A stretch of 64,000 nt of DNA from Escherichia phage 172-1. A program made the translations under genes and the position numbers. Each line of letters opens with the position of its first letter. The first letter of the stretch is position 1. Below are positions 16,925 to 25,837 of this stretch, piece by piece. The notes under the pieces were generated by a model. That model was not told the DNA's origin, searched no databases, and was given only the letters and a program-made list of their open reading frames with translations. The DNA lies in sequence record NC_028903.1, one strand, 5' to 3'.

Positions 16925-17986
16925 ATGGCTAATCCAACTTTATTTGTATCGTATGACCAGAATGGTAAAAAACTTTCTTTTGCTAACTGGATTTCTGTTC
17001 TGTCCCCTCAGGATACTCCGTTCGTATCTATGACCGGTAAAGAGTCTATCAACCAGACTATCTTTAGCTGGCAGACCGATGCACTGGCAAGCGTTGATGG
17101 TAATAACGCACACGTCGAAGGCTCTCGTGCTGAAGACGGCGAAATGAAACCGACTGTTATCAAGTCTAACGTTACTCAGATTCTGCGTAAGGTTGTTCGT
17201 GTTTCTGACACTGCTAACACCACCGCTAACTACGGTCGTGGTCGTGAACTGATGTATCAGCTGGAGAAGAAAGGTAAAGAGATCAAGCGTGACCTCGAGA
17301 AAATCCTTCTGTCCGGTCAGGCTCGTACCGACGTTCTGGCTGACCAGTATCTGACTAACTCCGCAGCTGATCCGACTCAGATTGGTAAGAACGACACCCA
17401 TGCAGCTCGTAAGACTGGTGCATTCCAGTTCCTGTGTGCTCACGGCGGTCTGACTGGTGGCGTTGTTGACAAAACCAAGAATGGTCCTGCTGACCCAGAT
17501 ACCGGTGCTGTAACTGTTAAAGTTGCACAGAACACTTCTAACCCGGCTACTAACATCGGTTTTGATGAAGCAGATATCTTTGATATGACTCTGCAACTTT
17601 ACACCGCTGGTTCTGAAGCAGATATCATCATGATTAACCCGGCTCATGCTAAGATCTTCGCTGGTCTGCAAGAAAACACTCAGGGTTCACGTAAGCGTAT
17701 CTTTGAGAACACCAAGCAGTTCATCTACGAAGTTAACAGCATCACTGACCCGCTGGGCCAGAGCTACAAAATCATCGTTAACCGTTGGATGCCTACCGAT
17801 GCAGTTTACTTCTTCCGTAGCGCTGACTGGACCCAGATGGTTCTGCGTGCTCCGAAACGTACCGAACTGGCAAAAGATGGTTCTTACGAAAAATGGATGA
17901 TTGAGATGGAAGTTGGTCTGCGTCACCGCAACCCGTATGCTTCCGGTGTTCTGTTCACTGCTGCGGGAAAGGCAGTGGCGGCGTAA
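16925..17986 (+). CDS. major capsid protein
   Basis: 353 aa; canonical position after scaffold; slippery heptamer near its 3' end. Confidence 0.8.
   Translation: MANPTLFVSYDQNGKKLSFANWISVLSPQDTPFVSMTGKESINQTIFSWQTDALASVDGNNAHVEGSRAEDGEMKPTVIKSNVTQILRKVVRVSDTANTTANYGRGRELMYQLEKKGKEIKRDLEKILLSGQARTDVLADQYLTNSAADPTQIGKNDTHAARKTGAFQFLCAHGGLTGGVVDKTKNGPADPDTGAVTVKVAQNTSNPATNIGFDEADIFDMTLQLYTAGSEADIIMINPAHAKIFAGLQENTQGSRKRIFENTKQFIYEVNSITDPLGQSYKIIVNRWMPTDAVYFFRSADWTQMVLRAPKRTELAKDGSYEKWMIEMEVGLRHRNPYASGVLFTAAGKAVAA
17965..17971 (+). other. -1 programmed ribosomal frameshift slippery site G GGA AAG
   Basis: Canonical X XXY YYZ heptamer in capsid frame, 13 nt before capsid stop; -1 frame stays open to 18513. 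Confidence 0.6.
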
Positions 17987-18513
17987 CAGTAGATACCATA
18001 ACTGTTAGTCCTTCGTCGGTTGCAAGCCTTCCGACGGGGGCTACTCAGCAGTTTACAGCTACAGCACAAATGAGTGATAGCTCCACATCAACAACTGGAT
18101 TTGTTTGGTCCGTTGAGGGTGGTGGGGCTATTTCTGTTTCTGGACTGTACACTGCACCGAGTGCGTCGCAAGAAACCCCGATCACAGTGAAAGCTACTAA
18201 AGGTGGTAAATCCGGTACATCTACAATCTCAGCTATTGCTGACCCTGAACCTACAATTGTAAGTCGTGGTCCTATTGCTGGTAAAGTCGGTGGTTCTACT
18301 ACTGCCTTCTCTACAATGTTTACTGTAACCAATTCTGCTGGTAGTGATTATGATTTTGTTGTAACCCCTACTGAAGCAGGTGCTGTCAGTGCAGCTGGTC
18401 TTTTGACTCTTGCTGATGCTGCTACTGGTACAGTCTCTGTTGCAGCTACACACAAGACTAAACCTCTTGTAACAGCCACTTGTGAATTCACAGGTGTTAC
18501 CCCCAAAGCCTAA
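17965..18513 (+). CDS. capsid C-terminal Ig-like extension reached by -1 frameshift
   Basis: -1 frame open from 17905 to 18513; encodes Thr/Ser/Gly-rich beta-strand repeats resembling bacterial Ig-like (Big_2) domains; first ATG only at 18070. Confidence 0.55.
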   Translation, partial: GKGSGGVTVDTITVSPSSVASLPTGATQQFTATAQMSDSSTSTTGFVWSVEGGGAISVSGLYTAPSASQETPITVKATKGGKSGTSTISAIADPEPTIVSRGPIAGKVGGSTTAFSTMFTVTNSAGSDYDFVVTPTEAGAVSAAGLLTLADAATGTVSVAATHKTKPLVTATCEFTGVTPKA

Positions 18514-18519
18514 AACTAA

Positions 18520-18548
18520 AGCTGCCTTCGGGTGGCTTTTCTTGTTTT
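18520..18548 (+). terminator. rho-independent terminator
   Basis: AGCUGCC / GGUGGCU stem (two G-U pairs), UUCG loop, U-run. Confidence 0.5.
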
Positions 18549-18580
18549 AAGACCTATACAAGCTAGTGTGTAATGTATAT
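18549..18580 (+). promoter_or_regulatory. phage middle/late promoter (AAGACCTA-N14-TAATGTATAT)
   Basis: Core at 18571-18580, 33 nt upstream of ATG 18613. Confidence 0.55.
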
Positions 18581-18612
18581 TCTTTGTCTACATATAACAA
18601 GGAGGACAACCT

Positions 18613-19365
18613 ATGGCGATGCCAGAAGTGCAAAACCCGATTAACACGTATGGCTGGCTTAAGAAAGCTGTTGCCTTGTGGGCCGATCGAGACGATGATG
18701 AATTTGTTAATCAAATTCCAAACTTTATTAACTTTGCAGAGAAAGAGATTTATCGTAACTTACGTATCCCTCCTCTGGAAAAAGAAGTGTATTTAGATAT
18801 TAAAGATGGAGTAGCTTACATTCCTCCTGATTACTTAGAAGCTCAGTGGATGATGAGAGCCAAAGATGGTACAATCTTCCAAGTAACGTCTCCTGAAGAG
18901 ATTAGCTATCGTAGACAGCATGGAACAATTAACCCATCTCATTGGAATAACCAACCTGTTAACTTTGCTCGTTTCGGTAGTCGTTTCATTTTCTATCCTA
19001 GCATCGAAGCAGATACTCCTGTTTATCCTGATGATGGAAGCCCTTTGATTCCAGCAGAAAACTCAGTAATTCTCAGTTATTATGCAGACCCACCGGAATT
19101 CCATGAAGATACAGACACTAGTGCTATCCTTACTATTGCACCAGAACTTCTTCTATATTTCACTCTACGTCATGCTTGCTTGTTTGTTCAAGATGATAAT
19201 GGAGTTCAGAAATGGTCTGCATTAGGAAAAGCTATCCTTGATGAAATGGTAGAGCAGAATAAGAAACAAGAGTACTCAGGTTCACCTATCGCAATTCCGA
19301 ATAACATGACTCGGCTTCAGAGCAGCTTGCCTGACATTTATGGTATTCGTACTTCTCGTGTATAA
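18613..19365 (+). CDS. virion structural protein (possible head-tail adaptor)
   Basis: 250 aa, own promoter and RBS; between capsid and tail fibre genes. Confidence 0.4.
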   Translation: MAMPEVQNPINTYGWLKKAVALWADRDDDEFVNQIPNFINFAEKEIYRNLRIPPLEKEVYLDIKDGVAYIPPDYLEAQWMMRAKDGTIFQVTSPEEISYRRQHGTINPSHWNNQPVNFARFGSRFIFYPSIEADTPVYPDDGSPLIPAENSVILSYYADPPEFHEDTDTSAILTIAPELLLYFTLRHACLFVQDDNGVQKWSALGKAILDEMVEQNKKQEYSGSPIAIPNNMTRLQSSLPDIYGIRTSRV

Positions 19366-19374
19366 GGAGATAAT

Positions 19375-21933
19375 ATGATCGTTTATAATAACCAAGCACC
19401 TGATGCAGTGAATAACGTTGGGCAGTTTGGTGCTACTGAAGGCTCTATCGGAGCTTACAAGCAAGCAGCAGAATACGCAGCTGACTCCAAATATTGGGCA
19501 CTGCTAGCGGAATCTAAGTTTGGTACAATTGATGACTTGATCGCTGAAGTAGAACGTCTGTATCAACAAGGTGTTCTGATGAAGCAGGATATTGAAGATC
19601 TTAAACAAGATTTTAAAGATCAAGATGCTCGTCTTATGACCTTGATTGCCCAGACTAACGCAGCTGTTTCTGATGCGAATAACGCTGTTGCTTTAATCAA
19701 TCAGAAACTTATTGAAGTCCAGAATCAGCTTGACGTTCTGTTAGGAATGTCCGTTGATGTAACCACACTTCCTCCGGGAACTCCGGCTACTGGTTCTTTT
19801 AATCCTAACACTGGTGTAATCTCTCTAGGTATCCCAGAAGGCGAACCCGGAAAGGATGGTTCTGTTAAGGATTTAGACACAGCTCCTACTGGTGTTCCAG
19901 AGCTAGGTGATTTAGGTTTCTATGTTGACAAAGATGACAATACCGTCCACAAAACTACTCTAGATAACATTGCTAACTTAATCCCATCTGTTCGTTCTGT
20001 CTCTATTAACGGCGGTCCAGCTCTTGATGGAGAGGTTGCTCTAACACTTAACAAAGAGACGGTAGGTTTAGGAAATGTTCTGAACGTCGCTCAGTACAGT
20101 CGTCAAGAGATTAATGACAAATTTGACAAGACTACCAAGACATACCAATCAAAAGCAGAAGCTGATGCTGATGCTCAGTATCGTCAAGTAGGTGAGAAAG
20201 TTTTAGTTTGGGAAGCTACTAAGTATGAATTCTATACTGTTGCTGCTAACAAAACACTGACTCCTGTTAAAACTGAAGGTAGAATTCTTACCGTTAACTC
20301 TCGCTCTCCAGACTCAAGCGGTAATATCGATATCACGATTCCAACAGGTAACCCGTCTTTGTATCTTGGTGAAATGGTAATGTTCCCTTACGACCCATCT
20401 AAGAATATCTCCTACCCAGGAGTTCTTCCTGCTGATGGTCGTCTGGTATCAAAAGAATCTGCTCTCGACTTAGGCCCATCTCTTGTCAGTGGTCAGCTTC
20501 CTGTAGTCTCTGAAACTGAATGGCAAGCAGGGTCTAAACAATATTTCTCATGGGGTAAGCTAGCAGATGGGATTACTGATGCGGATTCTACTAATTTCAT
20601 CAATATTCGACTTCCTGATTGGACTGGAGGGGAGGCAATAAGAGCACCAGATTCTGATAAAGATTCTCAATACAATGGGTCTGTACAGGCTCAGAAACCT
20701 TATGTTGTCACGGTAAATAACCAAGCTCCTGATGAGATTACAGGGAACGTAACCCTCTCCAGATCTATCTTGGGAGCAGCTTCTTCTGGTGCAAACTCTG
20801 ATATAACATCCCTGACAGGACTCACTACAGCTCTCTCTATCGCTCAAGGTGGTACAGGAGGGAAAACTCCATCTGAAGCTAGGGCAAACCTAAATCTTGA
20901 AAGATTTCAACAAGACAACTCGCAGACTTTGATATATTCTCCTGATTATGCCCGTCGTGTTTATGTTGACAACACTGGTGGTTCTTGGGGGTGCCAGAAC
21001 GTAACAGATGGCGGTTTTATTGCTCTTGGTATTCCTCAAGGGGGTACAGGAGCTAAGGATGCTGCTGGTGCACGAAGTAATCTCGGTTTGGGTTCAGTGT
21101 CCACACTAAACAATATACCCGTAGCTAATGGAGGTACTGGAGCAACTACTGCTGCTGGTGCTCGTTCCAACTTAGGTCTTGGGAGTGTTTCTACTCTGGA
21201 TAATGTACCTATTGCTAATGGTGGGACAGGGGCAGCTGATGCTGCTGGTGCAAGGTTTAATATTGGAGCACTAAGTAGCACCCCAGCAAATACAGGTGTT
21301 GGTGGTACTGGTAATCGCGTCCAACATGCATCCGGGAATGGCCTGTTTACTTTAGACATGTTTAACTGCTACTGGTATATGCAGCCAGAGGATACTAACT
21401 TCTGGGTTGCCCACAGTGTATCATATGCAGGATCTGGTGGCGAAGCCTCTGGATACGGTCGTATAACTTACGCAATAAAGATTGCAGATGGAACAACAAA
21501 ATATGTCCATTGTCTTACAAACAAAAATACTATTACCGATGTAAGCGGTTTTATCAAAGCGGCATCTCCGGTAGTTAATATTTACGCCAACGGTCGATAT
21601 GAGACGAACGATGAATCTGAGGGGGTCAATGTCATTCGGCAAGGTGTCGGTGAGTATTTGATTACCGGTTGCCTAGGCTTAAACGCAGATGCAAAATGGG
21701 GAGGTATCGACGGCGGCTTTGAAATCCCTATTGACCGCAACAAACAGCCTAGGGTTTGGCTTGATTATGAGGTTAAAGAAGATGGTTCTATTTTAGTCAA
21801 GACCTATCACAGAACCCATTCAACATCCCCAGTTTTTGCTAGAAACGAGTTGGAAGGTTTTTCTGACGGTGACCCAATCGATATCCCTGCCGATGCTTTC
21901 GTATCAGTTCGTGTTGAAATGCCTTCTAATTAA
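19375..21933 (+). CDS. tail fibre protein with phage-fibre repeats
   Basis: 852 aa; repeated GGTGAxxAAGARSNLGLGS motifs typical of phage tail-fibre repeats. Confidence 0.75.
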   Translation: MIVYNNQAPDAVNNVGQFGATEGSIGAYKQAAEYAADSKYWALLAESKFGTIDDLIAEVERLYQQGVLMKQDIEDLKQDFKDQDARLMTLIAQTNAAVSDANNAVALINQKLIEVQNQLDVLLGMSVDVTTLPPGTPATGSFNPNTGVISLGIPEGEPGKDGSVKDLDTAPTGVPELGDLGFYVDKDDNTVHKTTLDNIANLIPSVRSVSINGGPALDGEVALTLNKETVGLGNVLNVAQYSRQEINDKFDKTTKTYQSKAEADADAQYRQVGEKVLVWEATKYEFYTVAANKTLTPVKTEGRILTVNSRSPDSSGNIDITIPTGNPSLYLGEMVMFPYDPSKNISYPGVLPADGRLVSKESALDLGPSLVSGQLPVVSETEWQAGSKQYFSWGKLADGITDADSTNFINIRLPDWTGGEAIRAPDSDKDSQYNGSVQAQKPYVVTVNNQAPDEITGNVTLSRSILGAASSGANSDITSLTGLTTALSIAQGGTGGKTPSEARANLNLERFQQDNSQTLIYSPDYARRVYVDNTGGSWGCQNVTDGGFIALGIPQGGTGAKDAAGARSNLGLGSVSTLNNIPVANGGTGATTAAGARSNLGLGSVSTLDNVPIANGGTGAADAAGARFNIGALSSTPANTGVGGTGNRVQHASGNGLFTLDMFNCYWYMQPEDTNFWVAHSVSYAGSGGEASGYGRITYAIKIADGTTKYVHCLTNKNTITDVSGFIKAASPVVNIYANGRYETNDESEGVNVIRQGVGEYLITGCLGLNADAKWGGIDGGFEIPIDRNKQPRVWLDYEVKEDGSILVKTYHRTHSTSPVFARNELEGFSDGDPIDIPADAFVSVRVEMPSN
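21042..21266 (+). repeat. intragenic ~90 bp tandem repeat (2.5 copies) in tail fibre gene
   Basis: Repeated DNA units encoding the fibre-repeat peptide. Confidence 0.6.
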
Positions 21934-21942
21934 TTTAACAAC

Positions 21943-21961
21943 GCTCCCTTCGGGGAGCTTT
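21943..21961 (+). terminator. rho-independent terminator
   Basis: GCTCCC-ttcg-GGGAGC hairpin followed by TTT. Confidence 0.5.
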
Positions 21962-21973
21962 AAGGAGATTTAA

Positions 21974-24181
21974 ATGGCTAGAGAATTAATGCCCAAATCT
22001 GGCATAATGATGCCTCATGTAGTTGTGACTAGAGATGCGGCAGTTGTTGGTGTTTCTACAGTAGATGGTCAGGCAGGAGCTGTGAATCTGACTGATAAAT
22101 ACTTACAGAAGACAGACGCAGCTGCTACATATCAAACTAAAGTGGAAGGAGCATCTAAAGATTTTGTACTGGATTCGATTCAACCTATTATGTCTGGTGC
22201 CCTATTCAGGGAAGATCCTTGGGTTGTTAACGACACTCCTTTCCGTTCTACTGGCGCTAACGGTGTAGAGTCAGTTGATATGATGAAGGTTACTTCTGAT
22301 AACTCAATCAAGATTGGTAGCTATGCCTCTTCAGTTCAAGGGGTAGAGATTCATTCTGCCGGACGTCTTCAAGTAGTAGACCAGAACGACTCTGGAGTAG
22401 AAACTAAATATCCAGTTTATTCTAAACGTTATCGCCCAGAGATTGAGGATTTGCCTTTTGCTGCAATTGGTTCTTATGTCAAAGATTCTAAGGGTCGTAC
22501 TGTTGGGGTTACTCGTACAGGGATTAACTCTGATATCAAACAACTCACACAGAAGGTTACTTTCTCTCAACCTGTAACTGTTCCTGATGCAGTTGGAGAT
22601 TATGATGCAGTTACTTTGAGGCAGCTTCGTAATAGCGGTGGTGGTTCTGGTGGTCCTACAATGAGTGGCATTTCTAACTTTGGGGTTGGGGATTTTCATT
22701 TACGTGATAGTCGTGCTTTCATCCCAGCTTTTGAGGTGGTGTCTGATGGTCAGCTTTTAAACCGCGCTGACTATCCAGATCTGTGGGCTTACGCTCAGCT
22801 CTTATCCCCTATTTCTGACGAGGTTTGGAAATCCTCAATGTACAACAGAGGTAAGTACTCTACTGGCGACGGTTCTACTACTTTCCGCGTCCCTGACCGA
22901 AATGGTGTGCAGAGAAATGGTGTTAATGGCTTTACTGGTGAAGACTCTCTCGGTGCCTTATATGGTAGAGGTGATGGTGGAGGGTCTTCTAGCAATGGCC
23001 TCGTTTTTGATTCAGCAGCGCCTAATATCACTGGTTTTATTAGAACAGCTACAAATGCTTCTGTTTTCGAGTCTGGGTTAAATGGAACATCTGGTGTTTT
23101 TTATGGAGAAGAGTTTCAGAGGTATGCAAACATACAGCCAACAGAGGGGGCGACAAGCTCCTACCCAAGAACTGTCCAGTTTAATGCATCTAGGAGTAGC
23201 CCTATCTATGGACGCTCTGATGGTGAAATCATGGGTCGTAACTTTGTTGGTGTTTGGACTATTCGTGCTCATGGTGGCTTTACTGCTGCTAACACTTCTT
23301 GGTCTGTTATTAATAGTGATGCTTCAGAACAACCTTCAGGTACTCCTATTACTGGTGGATTGGTTTCTTCTAAGTATGTAGTTGGAGGTGTGGATAAGTA
23401 TCGGTCTTCTATCCAGTTGATAGGGTCTAATGAAGTTGATTTATCAACTAGAATTACGACTATAAATGATAGATATTCCATCGGGGCTGCAACTTGGGAT
23501 TTTAAGTTAGATGGTAAACTTGTGTTCAACAAGAGTCTGAATCCTATGGGAACAGGGAATTCTCCTGGAAACACCTATTTAACTCTAGCTAATACTTGGA
23601 TGAGTTCTTCATACGCTGGATATGTAGGGCTTGTTGGTGGTGGGGTTGGGGTTTCTAACGGAGGTTGGAGAAACTTCATTTCTTTAGGCGCTCTAATCTA
23701 CCCGAACAGTGCTCACCCAACTGCTGTTATTTCTCAGGTTTATGACTATGACCTTCCTACAGGAAATCAACCTAATGGAGATATTGTCAGAAACACCTCT
23801 TTCAATGCGGAGAGCTATGATATCACTTTCGGGAACAACAGTGGGACTACTAATTACATCTTCAGTAAATCTCCAGTCTCTGACGAGCGTCTAAAACATA
23901 GCATCAAAGAGGAGGGGACAGCCACAGCTCTTTCTAACCTAAACAAGATGGAGTATAAAACCTTTATCTATAATTATGATGAGAAAGCAACTGTAAGGCG
24001 TGGGTTTATTGCCCAGCAACTTGAAGCTATTGACCCTCAATATGTTAGGAAGTATAAAACCTTCAAAGGTACTGATACCCTAGCTTTAGATGAGAATGTG
24101 TTGCTTTTAGATGCAATTGCTGCTATCCAAGAGCTTTCTAAAAAGGTTGAGGCTTTAGAAGCAAAACTAGCAGAGAAGTAA
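21974..24181 (+). CDS. tail fibre/spike with collar domain and C-terminal intramolecular chaperone
   Basis: 735 aa; GDGSTTFRVPDRNG collar-like motif; C-terminal SDERLKHSIKEE...coiled coil typical of S74 auto-processing chaperone. Confidence 0.7.
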   Translation: MARELMPKSGIMMPHVVVTRDAAVVGVSTVDGQAGAVNLTDKYLQKTDAAATYQTKVEGASKDFVLDSIQPIMSGALFREDPWVVNDTPFRSTGANGVESVDMMKVTSDNSIKIGSYASSVQGVEIHSAGRLQVVDQNDSGVETKYPVYSKRYRPEIEDLPFAAIGSYVKDSKGRTVGVTRTGINSDIKQLTQKVTFSQPVTVPDAVGDYDAVTLRQLRNSGGGSGGPTMSGISNFGVGDFHLRDSRAFIPAFEVVSDGQLLNRADYPDLWAYAQLLSPISDEVWKSSMYNRGKYSTGDGSTTFRVPDRNGVQRNGVNGFTGEDSLGALYGRGDGGGSSSNGLVFDSAAPNITGFIRTATNASVFESGLNGTSGVFYGEEFQRYANIQPTEGATSSYPRTVQFNASRSSPIYGRSDGEIMGRNFVGVWTIRAHGGFTAANTSWSVINSDASEQPSGTPITGGLVSSKYVVGGVDKYRSSIQLIGSNEVDLSTRITTINDRYSIGAATWDFKLDGKLVFNKSLNPMGTGNSPGNTYLTLANTWMSSSYAGYVGLVGGGVGVSNGGWRNFISLGALIYPNSAHPTAVISQVYDYDLPTGNQPNGDIVRNTSFNAESYDITFGNNSGTTNYIFSKSPVSDERLKHSIKEEGTATALSNLNKMEYKTFIYNYDEKATVRRGFIAQQLEAIDPQYVRKYKTFKGTDTLALDENVLLLDAIAAIQELSKKVEALEAKLAEK

Positions 24182-24184
24182 GAT

Positions 24185-24203
24185 AAGCCCCTTCGGGGGC
24201 TTT
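24185..24203 (+). terminator. terminator-like hairpin
   Basis: AAGCCCC-ttcg-GGGGCTT. Confidence 0.45.
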
Positions 24204-24273
24204 AGTAGTGAGTACCCTTAGTAAGTAATGAAACTAATATATCCCAAGAGGTTAATATATAGGAGACAATCAA

Positions 24274-24492
24274 ATGAAAATGATGAAACAGGCTGCATAC
24301 GGTTTAATCTGTTTAGGTGCAGGTGTTGTGGTGTCAACCGCAGTTCCTGTAAGCGCAGTTCATCCATTAGTAACTGTCCCTGCTCCAGTAGAGAAGCTTA
24401 GCTCTCAATGTAAGCAGAGAACAATTCAAAATAACCTAGTTGTTATTTGTCCTGATGCTGAATCTAACGCTCTGAGAAAGATACTACCTTAA
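24274..24492 (+). CDS. small secreted/membrane protein
   Basis: 72 aa; N-terminal hydrophobic signal-like segment; immediately upstream of lysozyme. Confidence 0.4.
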   Translation: MKMMKQAAYGLICLGAGVVVSTAVPVSAVHPLVTVPAPVEKLSSQCKQRTIQNNLVVICPDAESNALRKILP

Positions 24493-24520
24493 TTTAAAGG
24501 GACTACAAAGGAGGTTAGAA

Positions 24521-25012
24521 ATGGATAACGCCGCATTGCCACCTGTACAACTAAACTTAAGCCCAGCTGGAATGGAATTCATCATGAAGCATGAGGGTAT
24601 GAGAACCAAAGCTTATAAAGATTCCGCAGGTATCTGGACGATATGTGTAGGGGCTACGCGCGATATGAATGGTTATCCGGTTAGACAAGGATTAACGTAT
24701 TCTATAGAGGATTGTCTAGCTCTGCTAGATAGAGACACACAAGACTCTGTTCGTGCTACTCAGAAGAACATAAAGGTTCCTTTACTAGTTCACGAGTTTG
24801 ATGCACTCACTTCTTTCAACTTCAATGTTGGCAGTGGTGCTTTGAGAACATCTAAGTTAAGGAAGGTTATCAATGGAGAAGTGAAAGGGGATGTTTATTC
24901 CGAATTTCTTCGTTGGGATAAAATAACGGTCAGGGGAGAAAAGCAGAGAAGTCAGGGTCTTCATAACAGAAGGGTTGCAGAAGCTGATCTTTACACTGAA
25001 GGTAAATATTAA
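24521..25012 (+). CDS. GH24 (T4/lambda-type) lysozyme
   Basis: 163 aa; MKHEGMRTKAYKDSAGIWTICVGAT is the classic phage lysozyme N-terminal motif. Confidence 0.75.
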   Translation: MDNAALPPVQLNLSPAGMEFIMKHEGMRTKAYKDSAGIWTICVGATRDMNGYPVRQGLTYSIEDCLALLDRDTQDSVRATQKNIKVPLLVHEFDALTSFNFNVGSGALRTSKLRKVINGEVKGDVYSEFLRWDKITVRGEKQRSQGLHNRRVAEADLYTEGKY

Positions 25013-25024
25013 TGGAGGTGCCTT

Positions 25025-25828
25025 TTGGCTATCGAAACTAATGCGGTAGTTATTACCGACTTAAACCCACTCTATCCTAGAGACAGGGATTACATCTACG
25101 AAGGGGCGGCTCAAATCCGCCTCATTAAACAAACACTACAGAATACATTCCCCAATGTTACAGAACCAGTTGATATAGATTCTGATACCTTTAAGATTAT
25201 GTCAGAGAAGCTCAAGTTTACTGGCGATGCAATGGATGTTGGTGGTCTGATGATTAAGAACGTCACTCCGGGGACTGGTGACAAAGATGTTGTTACTAAG
25301 GGTCAGATGGAAGCGTTCATGAAGAACTGGATGGAGAATAAACTCTATCGAATTGGCTCTTACTATATCACTGAAGAAGATATTAACCCCGGTGATTCTA
25401 TCTCCTTAGGGTTTGGCTCTTGGGCTAAAGTGACTGGTGTTATCATGGGTACTGGTGTTGTAAACCCTGATGGCTCTGTTCCTAATGCTCAGAGAGTTGA
25501 GTTCCAAGCAGGTGGCACAGGTGGTCGTGTCTTCAATACTATTCGTACAGAGAACGTACCTTTGATGACAGTTAATGGCTCTAGCTTCTCCTTATCCAGC
25601 AACACCCATAGTCACAACATGGTGTTTGGTCGTGGGGATGCTAGTGGTCATAACAGCTCACCTAACTGGTATAGTCCGGGTGGTGGTTACAGTCAGAGAA
25701 CAGAGAATGATACACACTCTCATACAATCTCTGGTAGTGTAAGTCTTGGTCGTGATGATATCTCTCGTCAACCTATTAACACTTTGCCACCATTCAGAGC
25801 GGCTCACATTTGGAGACGTATTAGCTAA
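25025..25828 (+). CDS. tail fibre-like protein (TTG start)
   Basis: 267 aa; GGAGGT RBS 5 nt upstream of TTG; N-terminal GDxMxGxL...DVVTKGQ fibre-adaptor motif. Confidence 0.5.
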   Translation: MAIETNAVVITDLNPLYPRDRDYIYEGAAQIRLIKQTLQNTFPNVTEPVDIDSDTFKIMSEKLKFTGDAMDVGGLMIKNVTPGTGDKDVVTKGQMEAFMKNWMENKLYRIGSYYITEEDINPGDSISLGFGSWAKVTGVIMGTGVVNPDGSVPNAQRVEFQAGGTGGRVFNTIRTENVPLMTVNGSSFSLSSNTHSHNMVFGRGDASGHNSSPNWYSPGGGYSQRTENDTHSHTISGSVSLGRDDISRQPINTLPPFRAAHIWRRIS

Positions 25829-25837
25829 GGAGGAATT

